Source: Eledone cirrhosa
Lineage: Eukaryota
Length of the DNA stretch: 64,000 nucleotides
Assembly: GCA_964016885.1 (NCBI GenBank)
Contig: OZ024740.1
Location: 332,692,001-332,756,000, forward strand
Direction: 5' to 3'
A program made the translations under genes and the position numbers. Positions 33,477 to 47,685 of this stretch are shown piece after piece. How positions within the stretch are numbered: position 1 is the first letter of the stretch; each line of letters starts with the position of its first letter. The notes beneath the pieces were generated by a model that worked only from the letters and a program-made list of their open reading frames with translations, was not told the DNA's origin and made no database searches.

Positions 33477-36400
33477 ATAAATGCTCTGAAATAGCGATAT
33501 ATATGTGAGTATAGACATAGAATATTCGAAAATATTCTGTATGTTTATAATAAACATTTTGAAGACCTAATCGCTATAGAATAGAATACGTCACGTATTA
33601 CAATTAGATTCTCGATAAAAGGAAGGGAAGTAAATCTACGCGTTTCATTCTTGTTAGAATTCATCAGGACTACATATCCAGTGCTTTTATCGAGAATGAC
33701 ACAGCTAGAGACTTATAGAATACTTAGCTGTGTACTGGAACTGGTTTGAAAGAGCGGTTGCCGGTCCGGCAGAAATTAGAAATTGGAATAAATGCTCTGA
33801 AATAGCGATATATATGTGAGTATAGACATAGAATATTCGAAAATATTCTGTATGTTTATAATAAACATTTTGAAGACCTAATCGCTATAGAATAGAATAC
33901 GTCACGTATTACAATTAGATTCTCGATAAAAGCAAGGGAAGTAAATCTACGCGTTTCATTCTTGTTAGAATTCATCAGGACTACATATCCAGTGCTTTTA
34001 TCGAGAATGACACAGCTAGAGACTTATAGAATACTTAGCTGTGTACTGGAACTGGTTTGAAAGAGCGGTTGCCGGTCCGGCAGAAATTAGAAATTGGAAT
34101 AAATGCTCTGAAATAGCGATATATATGTGAGTATAGACATAGAATATTCGAAAATATTCTGTATGTTTATAATAAACATTTTGAAGACCTAATCGCTATA
34201 GAATAGAATACGTCACGTATTACAATTAGATTCTCGATAAAAGCAAGGGAAGTAAATCTACGCGTTTCATTCTTGTTAGAATTCATCAGGACTACATATC
34301 CAGTGCTTTTATCGAGAATGACACAGCTAGAGACTTATAGAATACTTAGCTGTGTACTGGAACTGGTTTGAAAGAGCGGTTGCCGGTCCGGCAGAAATTA
34401 GAAATTGGAATAAATGCTCTGAAATAGCGATATATATGTGAGTATAGACATAGAATATTCGAAAATATTCTGTATGTTTATAATAAACATTTTGAAGACC
34501 TAATCGCTATAGAATAGAATACGTCACGTATTACAATTAGATTCTCGATAAAAGCAAGGGAAGTAAATCTACGCGTTTCATTCTTGTTAGAATTCATCAG
34601 GACTACATATCCAGTGCTTTTATCGAGAATGACACAGCTAGAGACTTATAGAATACTTAGCTGTGTACTGGAACTGGTTTGAAAGAGCGGTTGCCGGTCC
34701 GGCAGAAATTAGAAATTGGAATAAATGCTCTGAAATAGCGATATATATGTGAGTATAGACATAGAATATTCGAAAATATTCTGTATGTTTATAATAAACA
34801 TTTTGAAGACCTAATCGCTATAGAATAGAATACGTCACGTATTACAATTAGATTCTCGATAAAAGCAAGGGAAGTAAATCTACGCGTTTCATTCTTGTTA
34901 GAATTCATCAGGACTACATATCCAGTGCTTTTATCGAGAATGACACAGCTAGAGACTTATAGAATACTTAGCTGTGTACTGGAACTGGTTTGAAAGAGCG
35001 GTTGCCGGTCCGGCAGAAATTAGAAATTGGAATAAATGCTCTGAAATAGCGATATATATGTGAGTATAGACATAGAATATTCGAAAATATTCTGTATGTT
35101 TATAATAAACATTTTGAAGACCTAATCGCTATAGAATAGAATACGTCACGTATTACAATTAGATTCTCGATAAAAGCAAGGGAAGTAAATCTACGCGTTT
35201 CATTCTTGTTAGAATTCATCAGGACTACATATCCAGTGCTTTTATCGAGAATGACACAGCTAGAGACTTATAGAATACTTAGCTGTGTACTGGAACTGGT
35301 TTGAAAGAGCGGTTGCCGGTCCGGCAGAAATTAGAAATTGGAATAAATGCTCTGAAATAGCGATATATATGTGAGTATAGACATAGAATATTCGAAAATA
35401 TTCTGTATGTTTATAATAAACATTTTGAAGACCTAATCGCTATAGAATAGAATACGTCACGTATTACAATTAGATTCTCGATAAAAGCAAGGGAAGTAAA
35501 TCTACGCGTTTCATTCTTGTTAGAATTCATCAGGACTACATATCCAGTGCTTTTATCGAGAATGACACAGCTAGAGACTTATAGAATACTTAGCTGTGTA
35601 CTGGAACTGGTTTGAAAGAGCGGTTGCCGGTCCGGCAGAAATTAGAAATTGGAATAAATGCTCTGAAATAGCGATATATATGTGAGTATAGACATAGAAT
35701 ATTCGAAAATATTCTGTATGTTTATAATAAACATTTTGAAGACCTAATCGCTATAGAATAGAATACGTCACGTATTACAATTAGATTCTCGATAAAAGCA
35801 AGGGAAGTAAATCTACGCGTTTCATTCTTGTTAGAATTCATCAGGACTACATATCCAGTGCTTTTATCGAGAATGACACAGCTAGAGACTTATAGAATAC
35901 TTAGCTGTGTACTGGAACTGGTTTGAAAGAGCGGTTGCCGGTCCGGCAGAAATTAGAAATTGGAATAAATGCTCTGAAATAGCGATATATATGTGAGTAT
36001 AGACATAGAATATTCGAAAATATTCTGTATGTTTATAATAAACATTTTGAAGACCTAATCGCTATAGAATAGAATACGTCACGTATTACAATTAGATTCT
36101 CGATAAAAGCAAGGGAAGTAAATCTACGCGTTTCATTCTTGTTAGAATTCATCAGGACTACATATCCAGTGCTTTTATCGAGAATGACACAGCTAGAGAC
36201 TTATAGAATACTTAGCTGTGTACTGGAACTGGTTTGAAAGAGCGGTTGCCGGTCCGGCAGAAATTAGAAATTGGAATAAATGCTCTGAAATAGCGATATA
36301 TATGTGAGTATAGACATAGAATATTCGAAAATATTCTGTATGTTTATAATAAACATTTTGAAGACCTAATCGCTATAGAATAGAATACGTCACGTATTAC

Positions 36401-38703
36401 AATTAGATTCTCGATAAAAGCAAGGGAAGTAAATCTACGCGTTTCATTCTTGTTAGAATTCATCAGGACTACATATCCAGTGCTTTTATCGAGAATGACA
36501 CAGCTAGAGACTTATAGAATACTTAGCTGTGTACTGGAACTGGTTTGAAAGAGCGGTTGCCGGTCCGGCAGAAATTAGAAATTGGAATAAATGCTCTGAA
36601 ATAGCGATATATATGTGAGTATAGACATAGAATATTCGAAAATATTCTGTATGTTTATAATAAACATTTTGAAGACCTAATCGCTATAGAATAGAATACG
36701 TCACGTATTACAATTAGATTCTCGATAAAAGCAAGGGAAGTAAATCTACGCGTTTCATTCTTGTTAGAATTCATCAGGACTACATATCCAGTGCTTTTAT
36801 CGAGAATGACACAGCTAGAGACTTATAGAATACTTAGCTGTGTACTGGAACTGGTTTGAAAGAGCGGTTGCCGGTCCGGCAGAAATTAGAAATTGGAATA
36901 AATGCTCTGAAATAGCGATATATATGTGAGTATAGACATAGAATATTCGAAAATATTCTGTATGTTTATAATAAACATTTTGAAGACCTAATCGCTATAG
37001 AATAGAATACGTCACGTATTACAATTAGATTCTCGATAAAAGCAAGGGAAGTAAATCTACGCGTTTCATTCTTGTTAGAATTCATCAGGACTACATATCC
37101 AGTGCTTTTATCGAGAATGACACAGCTAGAGACTTATAGAATACTTAGCTGTGTACTGGAACTGGTTTGAAAGAGCGGTTGCCGGTCCGGCAGAAATTAG
37201 AAATTGGAATAAATGCTCTGAAATAGCGATATATATGTGAGTATAGACATAGAATATTCGAAAATATTCTGTATGTTTATAATAAACATTTTGAAGACCT
37301 AATCGCTATAGAATAGAATACGTCACGTATTACAATTAGATTCTCGATAAAAGCAAGGGAAGTAAATCTACGCGTTTCATTCTTGTTAGAATTCATCAGG
37401 ACTACATATCCAGTGCTTTTATCGAGAATGACACAGCTAGAGACTTATAGAATACTTAGCTGTGTACTGGAACTGGTTTGAAAGAGCGGTTGCCGGTCCG
37501 GCAGAAATTAGAAATTGGAATAAATGCTCTGAAATAGCGATATATATGTGAGTATAGACATAGAATATTCGAAAATATTCTGTATGTTTATAATAAACAT
37601 TTTGAAGACCTAATCGCTATAGAATAGAATACGTCACGTATTACAATTAGATTCTCGATAAAAGCAAGGGAAGTAAATCTACGCGTTTCATTCTTGTTAG
37701 AATTCATCAGGACTACATATCCAGTGCTTTTATCGAGAATGACACAGCTAGAGACTTATAGAATACTTAGCTGTGTACTGGAACTGGTTTGAAAGAGCGG
37801 TTGCCGGTCCGGCAGAAATTAGAAATTGGAATAAATGCTCTGAAATAGCGATATATATGTGAGTATAGACATAGAATATTCGAAAATATTCTGTATGTTT
37901 ATAATAAACATTTTGAAGACCTAATCGCTATAGAATAGAATACGTCACGTATTACAATTAGATTCTCGATAAAAGCAAGGGAAGTAAATCTACGCGTTTC
38001 ATTCTTGTTAGAATTCATCAGGACTACATATCCAGTGCTTTTATCGAGAATGACACAGCTAGAGACTTATAGAATACTTAGCTGTGTACTGGAACTGGTT
38101 TGAAAGAGCGGTTGCCGGTCCGGCAGAAATTAGAAATTGGAATAAATGCTCTGAAATAGCGATATATATGTGAGTATAGACATAGAATATTCGAAAATAT
38201 TCTGTATGTTTATAATAAACATTTTGAAGACCTAATCGCTATAGAATAGAATACGTCACGTATTACAATTAGATTCTCGATAAAAGCAAGGGAAGTAAAT
38301 CTACGCGTTTCATTCTTGTTAGAATTCATCAGGACTACATATCCAGTGCTTTTATCGAGAATGACACAGCTAGAGACTTATAGAATACTTAGCTGTGTAC
38401 TGGAACTGGTTTGAAAGAGCGGTTGCCGGTCCGGCAGAAATTAGAAATTGGAATAAATGCTCTGAAATAGCGATATATATGTGAGTATAGACATAGAATA
38501 TTCGAAAATATTCTGTATGTTTATAATAAACATTTTGAAGACCTAATCGCTATAGAATAGAATACGTCACGTATTACAATTAGATTCTCGATAAAAGCAA
38601 GGGAAGTAAATCTACGCGTTTCATTCTTGTTAGAATTCATCAGGACTACATATCCAGTGCTTTTATCGAGAATGACACAGCTAGAGACTTATAGAATACT
38701 TAG
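33472..38703 (-). repeat. 311-bp tandem array, 16 full + 1 partial unit, each with a type I HHR on the minus strand (retrozyme-like)
   Basis: GGAATAAATGCTCTG starts at 33474, 33785, 34096 ... 38450 (period 311), and the units are almost identical. First HHR at 33630-33673(-): GTAGTC CTGATGA ATTC-TAACAA-GAAT GAA ACGCGT A GATTTAC. Confidence 0.95.
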
Positions 38704-39384
38704 GTCTTCAAAATGTTTATTATAAACATACAGAATATTTTCGAATATTCTATGTCTATACTCACATATATATCGCTATTTCAGAGCATTTATTCCAATT
38801 TCTAATTTCTGCCGGACCGGCAACCGCTCTTTCAAACCAGTTCCAGTACACAGCTAAGTATTCTATAAGTCTCTAGCTGTGTCATTCTCGATAAAAGCAC
38901 TGGATATGTAGTCCTGATGAATTCTAACAAGAATGAAACGCGTAGATTTACTTCCCTTGCTTTTATCGAGAATCTAATTGTAATACGTGACGTATTCTAT
39001 TCTATAGCGATTAGGTCTTCAAAATGTTTATTATAAACATACAGAATATTTTCGAATATTCTATGTCTATACTCACATATATATCGCTATTTCAGAGCAT
39101 TTATTCCAATTTCTAATTTCTGCCGGACCGGCAACCGCTCTTTCAAACCAGTTCCAGTACACAGCTAAGTATTCTATAAGTCTCTAGCTGTGTCATTCTC
39201 GATAAAAGCACTGGATATGTAGTCCTGATGAATTCTAACAAGAATGAAACGCGTAGATTTACTTCCCTTGCTTTTATCGAGAATCTAATTGTAATACGTG
39301 ACGTATTCTATTCTATAGCGATTAGGTCTTCAAAATGTTTATTATAAACATACAGAATATTTTCGAATATTCTATGTCTATACT

Positions 39385-39390
<6 letters not shown>
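38700..39390 (+). repeat. Inverted continuation of the 311-bp array (about 2.2 units)
   Basis: TTAGGTCTTCAAAATG at 38700, 39011 and 39322. HHRs at 38908-38951 and 39219-39262 (+). Ends in (TA)n. Confidence 0.95.
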
Positions 39391-39420
<30 letters not shown>

Positions 39421-39427
<7 letters not shown>

Positions 39428-41460
39428 CAGAATAATAATAAAGGAAGAACTTTCACATAATCAAAATATTTATTTTTATTAATTTATATATATATATATA
39501 AATTAATAAAAATAATGAATAAAAACAAAGAAACACTTCGTTATATTAAAAAATTCATCATTTTACGATCGTTACTAGGATATATATGATAGATCTATGT
39601 AAAATTTTACAAACTATCAGAGGGAATATACATACCTACACATATATATGCCGTCTTCAGAAATAATGATATTTGTTTATTGAAAAAAAAACAACAAAGA
39701 TTTAATATAATAGGTCTGTTTGGGAACAGGTTTTGAATTGACCAATAGAAAAGTAGTAAGTGGTCAAGTTGATAGAATAGTAGTAGTAGAAATTTAATTT
39801 AGGGGTAGACTTCAGTTTTGAATGGAAAGAGTATTTTGAATGAAAAGATTACTTTGGGGATGAAAATAGGTCAAGCCAGTGAAAGGTACACGAAAATTTG
39901 ATGTTATTAAAGAATAATACTAATGTAAAAATCTAAGGAGAATAACATTTTACGATAAATGTGTTAGTGAAAAATATCAATCTTATTTAAATCGTAAGGA
40001 ATTTAGATCTATAAAAAGAAATTAAATTAATTTAATTGATAGGTATATTTATAGGGATAAATTTATATTAATTCATATAGATATGATAAATAAGAGTTAG
40101 ATGTTATTAAAGAATGTTGTTAAAACGAAGGAAAAAAAATTACGGGGGGGGGGATAACTGTATTAGTGAGAAATAACAAACTTATATAGATTACAAGGAA
40201 TTTAGATTCATAACAGGAAATTAAAATAGTTTATATGTATACTTATTGGTATAAATTTTAGGAAAAGATAGCTGTAAAAGGGAAATAAAATTATGCAGTT
40301 CTTAGTAGTAGAATATTAATTATAGGTTCACTAATTTTAAAAAATTAATTATAATAATTTGTAAAATATAAGTGTATATTAATTAGGTTTATAATATTTG
40401 AAAGTTTTTCTAATTCTATGATTACATGATATAATTAAATCTTGTCGCTTATTTAATAGGATATCCTTATATTTCATTATTTCAAAAAGTTCCTGGGATC
40501 ATAATCTACATTCATATCTATTATTTTGATAAAGGGTGGCCCTTTTGAGCACACTCCAGGTCAGGTTATAATCGATATTCTTTTTTTCTATAATTATTAA
40601 TTATTTCAGCTAAGGATGTTGTATTAGCTAATGTGGCATTTTTAAAACTGTGTTTGTGGGTATTAAATCTTATTTTAAATTGGTTAGAAGTAGCTCCTAT
40701 ATATGAATAAGTTGAGTCCTTAGTGCTAATTTTACATTTATATACTATGTTATTAATAAGGCAGTTTCCTTTTAATGGGCAATTTGCTTTGTTTCTACAG
40801 TTACAACCTTTCGTGAATGTTATATCAGGGGAGTTAGTCAAATTAGGTGTGGAATTTTCTCGACTTGTTGTATGTGAATGAGATGGTGGTTTGCTGTGGC
40901 TTATTTTAGTATTATGGTTAGTTTGATGTGTTGGTGGTATATTCATGTTTTTTTTACATTTATATGCATTGTAGGCACTCATATTTTGTTGTATGTTTTT
41001 GGTTGTTGTGTAGGAGAATTTGACCGTTGATCTATTTAAAATTTGATGGTATTTGTGGTTTGGCGGGAAGTTTTTCTCTAGGATAGTAAAAAATGTTTAG
41101 GTATATTATCTTTAATGTGTAGATTAAATGGAGCATTATACCAAGTAACTCGTCTATTACGGTTCCGATGTTGTTTTTTTTTAATTTTTATACGATGTAT
41201 CCTGATGTTTACTAAGAGAATTAGTATTAGTGATTTTATTACACATATTTTTAGTTAGATTCACTGATTTAGGTGTTTTAACCTGATTATTAGGAATTTT
41301 GTTGGTAATGTTATTAACATATATTGGAATATTAGGATGAATGGTTTTTTGAAAGTTATTATATTGTATATTAGAAGAAGTAGAGAAATTAAGTTTTAAG
41401 TTGGTATTTTTCATTTGGTGTTTGTTGGTAATATTAGGTTGTATGTTTGTAGTATTATTG
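39421..41460 (-). mobile_element. Second Penelope-like element, 3' part (linker + GIY-YIG + 3' region)
   Basis: ORF 40566-40982 has CNCRNKANCPLKGNCL, IVYKC..YIGAT..FKIRFNTHKHSF..TSLA. VTWYNAPF lies at about 41150, and WSVLK..CRL*SQE..LLNKRQDL..CNH follows. Confidence 0.88.
39556..39668 (-). ncRNA. Hammerhead-like motif (GTAA core variant, long stem II) in the 3' region of the second PLE
   Basis: CATTATTT CTGAAGA cGGcATATATATG..CATATATATCC ta GTA ACGATCGT A AAATGATG: an 8-bp stem I and a palindromic stem III. Confidence 0.6.
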
Positions 41461-41530
41461 TATGATTCTAGATCAAGTCGCATAACACAGAAACATCTAT
41501 ATTACATTGTACTAGCCGTTTATATATATA

Positions 41531-41980
<450 letters not shown>

Positions 41981-42789
41981 TGTGTATATAACCACTATAG
42001 TACAAGTATTTATTTATTTCCTGGGACCAGAACCAGTCTGTTATGCTAAACTTATAAATTTATATCCAAAATTTTATTTTTGCAAAATATTATAGTTAAA
42101 CGCCCAATGTAATATTTGTCTGTTGAATGTTAACGATGGAGGCAAGTTGACTAATGCCTCAAATTATATTACTACTACTTTAAAAATTAACGACAAACAA
42201 TCTATATTAATTTATGTTCATCACTTAGTAGTAAAATAATGTTGCATTGCTCGGCTACTGTTTAATGACAGTGCCTACATCAATTTCCACTGTACCCAAG
42301 TATAATTTGGGAAAGTGAAATGGATACTTTAAACAAAAATCTAGTTAATTACCTAAAGAAGAGTCAGGTGGAGGTGTCCAATCACGAGACATATTGAGTA
42401 AAATGTTTCAAAACATTTCGCCGTACATTTGCGATCCGATCAATGTAAATTCATCATAAACTGTTATCATGAAATAAAAGAGAGGTGTTATTAATTTACG
42501 AAATTTCTTCCCCAAAATATAAGTAATTCAGTTTCAATAACAACTTCTAGATCAAGTCGCATCACACAGAAACATCTATATTACATTATACTAGCCGGTC
42601 ACCATAATATATATGTTTCTTTATTTGATATGTTTGATAAAATATATGTTTCTTCATAAAATATAGTCTGTATGATATATTCCATATTAATCTTTACATG
42701 AAGTAACAATTGTGCCATGCATTTTGTTTGCTTGCGGAAGATTTATATGCGGTTTTCATTCATTAACGGATATTACAACATTATATACA

Positions 42790-43207
42790 GGGCGGTGAAT
42801 TGGCAGTATCGGTAGAGGTTCGGACATGCTTTCCAGCAAAGTTACGTCCTTTTACCATTTGAGTTCAAATCCGGCCGAGGTTAACTTTGCCTTTCATCCT
42901 TACGGAGTCGATAAAATAAAGCACCAGTAATTACCCAGTGTAATTGCTGGCCTTGTGCCTAAAATAGAAACAATTATATATAATCTCTCATTATAGGATA
43001 TCAGTATGTTCTAAAATTTCATAATTGTTTCTACTTTAGGCACAAGGCCAGCAATTTTCCAGTGCATTACTGGTACTTTATTTTATCGACCCCGTAAGGA
43101 TGAAAGGCAAAGTCAACCTCGGCGGGATTTGAACTCAGATCGTAAAGGGACGTAACTATGCTGGAAAGCATGGCGTCCGGCCCTCTACCGATACTGCCAA
43201 TCCACCG
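42790..43207. mobile_element. Tail-to-tail SINE family 1 pair (42790-42976 +, 43021-43207 -)
   Basis: Both match the consensus. The minus copy has an 18-bp TSD, GTTCTAAAATTTCATAAT (43008 and 43209). Confidence 0.92.
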
Positions 43208-44132
43208 CGTTCTAAAATTTCATAATGGCTAAGCTTGCATTTACTGTGATCCGTTCATATATGAAGCAGATTTACAGATACCAATTAATGATATAGGTTG
43301 GCGATCCAGTCTTTCCCTCGACAAAAATCCAGGCAAGCATAGAGTACATACGACACAAATTTGAAAATTGAATACTCTTTCATATAAATGCATACCAAAA
43401 CGTTCCGTCAATGTTTCTTAATATACACACAAATAGACAAAACGTACACATGTTATGACACTAGTTGTACATAAAAACGATATGGGTAAAATATTACATT
43501 AAAGTTCAGTTCGGTGTAATAAACGCATATATATATATATAGGGATATCATGTATATATGTGAACGTATCTTTGCAAAGTACTTCGCTTCAATGTAACAT
43601 AAATATATATATATATGTAACATTCGAATACTATTTAATAGAATGCATACATTGTCAAAGCTACATTAATATGTCCCCTTCTCCAGGTCCAATTATTCAT
43701 TTTCAGTAACCGAAACTATGTGCTGTCACATTCTGTAATGACATTCTCTAGGCAACACTATATTTTACTTCGTTATGGTTTTGTTCCTTTTTCCTCAGTT
43801 TTCCTGTCATTCATTTCATTTGTTGAATTTTGATATTCAGTTGGGATAAAATTATTTTTTTCACCAAAACATATTTCTTAGAAAAGAACTCTTATATCGT
43901 ATGTGATTATTCATGGCTGTTGTATATAATAAGTTAGATTAGAAGGAACAAACTCTAAACGGAGGCATTTGAATATTAGAGAAAGGAGGATGTTAAACAA
44001 CTAAGAAGGCTTGCGACAATAGAACTTAATGATGTAGGTAACAAAGTATTCTGATCTATAATGGCACTCACTGTGATACTCCAGACACACTCACAGAAAC
44101 AGAAACACACACACACAGACACACACACACAC

Positions 44133-44213
<81 letters not shown>

Positions 44214-44701
44214 GTGTGTGTGTGTATGTGTGTGTGTCAGTATATATGTGTGTGTGTGTGCGAGTCGAAGCAGATTTTAATGCTTTTGTGCTACTTTGAT
44301 TAACTGAAAGATGTATATTTATAACAAAATTAGTTTGATACTCAGTAGAATCCAGCTAATGGAGGCACTCTGCCAGGAAAAAGGAATTTCATCCAAATAA
44401 TATATGATGTATATATATATATATATATCATATATTTTGGGATATATATATATACACAGACGCACATATATATATATATGTACATCATATATTATTGGGA
44501 TATATATATATATTTATATAGTATTAATTAATTAGTATTAATTATACTATTTATGGTTATGTAAATACAAAAACCTTTTGCAGTTATATGTATTTTTTTT
44601 ATACAAACCCTAAATAGTGGTAGGCAGTAATATATTACTACCTTATTACCAGTAAGTTAAGTAGCTCAATGTAAAAACATCAGATGATTTACAGAGCAGT
44701 T

Positions 44702-45335
44702 ATATGAAATATAAGAATCAAAGAACTGTTCAAAACATTTTTGTGCTTACAACTGTTTCCTCCAAACCGAGGTTTGGATTCTTCGGAGCAATTTATTAAT
44801 GAATGGACGGTTATATGACCTCATTTTCACCCAAGAGACATACAGATACATATGCAAATATTGTGGGTCAACATTCAGTATATCATTTAGAGTGGCAGTA
44901 CACACTTAGAGATTACATTCATATTAAAAGGTACAATCAAAAATCAAAAATACAGGTTAAAATACAACATGAAAATAAGCGGTTATATAGTGCAAATGTT
45001 ACATGTGTGGCAAGCACGTGCGTCTTGTTTATATAGTGTGGCAGAGAGTTACGAGAAGTAGAAGGACTTAGGTAGGTAAACAAGAGTGTTAGGTTGGTTG
45101 CCACCAGATCAACCAACCTAACACTCTTGTACCTAAGTGCTTCTACTACACGTAACTCTCTGCCACACTATATAAACAAGACGCATATGTATCTGTATGT
45201 CTCTTGGGTGAAAAGGAGGTCATATACTGTCCATTCATTAATAAATTGCTCCGAAGAAACCAAACCTCGGTTTGGAGGAAACAGTTGTAAGCACAAACAT
45301 GTTTTGAACAGTTCTTTGATTCTTATATTTCATAT
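44702..45335. mobile_element. Nested fold-back element with hammerhead-variant motifs (family D)
   Basis: Outer arms 44702-44855/45183-45335 and inner arms 45019-45100/45110-45185. The motif TGCT CCGAAGA..CCAAACC-TC-GGTTTGG..GAAAC-AGTT-GT A AGCA lies at 45247-45293(+) and 44744-44790(-). Confidence 0.75.
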
Positions 45336-45527
45336 ATTTCATATATTTATATATATTTATATATATATATATATGCAAATATATACATATTTATATAAAT
45401 GTTTATATATACAAAACACACACACACACACACGCGCACACACATATATATATGTGTGTAAGGTTATATAGTAGAATAACCCCTCACACTTTCTATGGAA
45501 ATAATTTTCCCCTGTATTTATACAATA

Positions 45528-45701
<174 letters not shown>

Positions 45702-45705
45702 GAGA

Positions 45706-45749
<44 letters not shown>

Positions 45750-47685
45750 ATGGGAGTGTTAGATAATATAAATACATTTATATTGTTATTTATTTTTAAC
45801 TTCGTCATTTCCTAATTACTTTATGATATAATTCTTCATATGTATTTTCGAAATATTAAAACATTAACGGTTATTGCTGATTATAATTAGGATAATATAT
45901 GCTTTGAATGATCATACTACCATAGGGAATTATTAAGATGATGCTGGATTGGTGTATATAGAACCGTTTGAGTGTGGCCAATTTCATTTCGAAACATTAT
46001 TTCCTAAAAAAAAATTAAATCTTTAAATTAGAAGATTAATCTTGTGACATTTATTCTCCGTGTGACAGTTATAAAGAGATTCGACTTGTCAAACTCAGTC
46101 ACAAGAAGTACTTTCCTAGTAGTGACAAATGACGGATATATATTCGAAAATTTGAGACAGAGAAGAAAACTCTTGAAGGAAATTTGTCTCTTTGAAAAAA
46201 AAAAAAAATGAATCAAATGGCTTAGAAGACACTGTATGTAGACCTGTTTGGGCCGAAACGGAAAAGCGATTGTTTTTTTTTAGTATATACATTAGTGTAT
46301 ATTCAAAAGAGGGGAAAACCGATTAATGATTGCTAAAAGCATTTTAAAGAAACTTTATGTTAGCCCTTACACATAGCTGATTAGAGAGTAAATTGTTAGG
46401 TTTTAGAAATGTATTGAAAGGATAAAATATCACGTTTCTTTTTTGGAATCAATTATAATGTCTTTCTTTTTAGAAGAAGACTATTAGATGCGAAATGTTT
46501 TTACACACACAAAAATAGGAAAGCGATATAGTGAATGTGTTAACATGAATCAACTCGTAAAATATCCATCATTAATGTGTGATGCGGTGTTATATAAACA
46601 TATTGTGTATGGTCCTTGAACAATTAAAATATTCTGTATATGTATATCTTTATCAGGTAAGAATTGTTCATTTCAGTAAAGACAAAACCAATCTAAAACA
46701 TTGCTCTATATAACGACAATGTCTATGCCTTACAATAACAGTCAAGGTATAGGATCATTTCAATGAATTCATTAAATATACGAATTCATTCAATAATCTA
46801 TGAAATATCGGTTTTCCTCTTTCACGTTTCTTCCAAATATTCATATTTGCAACAAACTTCATGCCTTTAGGGGTTTGCTAGTTTCTTAATTAGTTAATCT
46901 CTGTAATTAACGTATCATTAATAAAATATTTATAGATAATGATATTGTTCCTGAAAACCTAGAAAAGATCAATCCACATCTGTGCAACTGCTTTCAGTCT
47001 CTCTAGATCATAATATTGTTCGTACCACCACAAACACACTTATCTTTCAGGTTTTGTTTTGTTTTGTTTCCTCCATCAAATAGAGCAAACAAATGAAAAC
47101 AGGAACAAATGAAAACTGGAAGAAAAACAAACAGGGATTGAGGAGGCCACAGCGGAATGTGTGACGATATGAACAATTTCCAATAATATATATAAACCTA
47201 TATTATATCAAAATAACAATAAATTGATTAATGTCATAAGACAAGATATCGAGAATAATAGAGGATTGAGGGAAGGTGCATTCATACCATAGAATTTTAA
47301 ATTTACAAGTGCAAAGCATAATTTTGCGGTAAGCACCTTTCCAGATATGGGGTTTTCAGCTCAACACTTGTGGAACAGTTAAAACAATATTGTAAATTCA
47401 AATTTCAAATGGTTTGAATGCATTTTACTTTGAATACTCTATTATTATTAACTTGTCTTTTGATATTAATCATATGGTTATTCTTTATTATATATATTTC
47501 CTGAAAAGATACGATTTGAGTAGACCACTCAAATCAGAGTATATACGTTACTGATAATATACAATTTTCTCACAATGAAACGTCCGTAGCGATGAACAAT
47601 AATACTATTCTTGGTTTTCTTGAATTTTGAAATTACACATAGACACACACAAACACATATATATATATGAATATATATATATATA

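Noticed and set aside
33472-39390. CRISPR-like or centromeric satellite interpretation
   Set aside because: There are no variable spacers or cas genes and the context is eukaryotic. The HHR, the inversion and the TA flanks fit a retro-derived array better, though a satellite role is not excluded.
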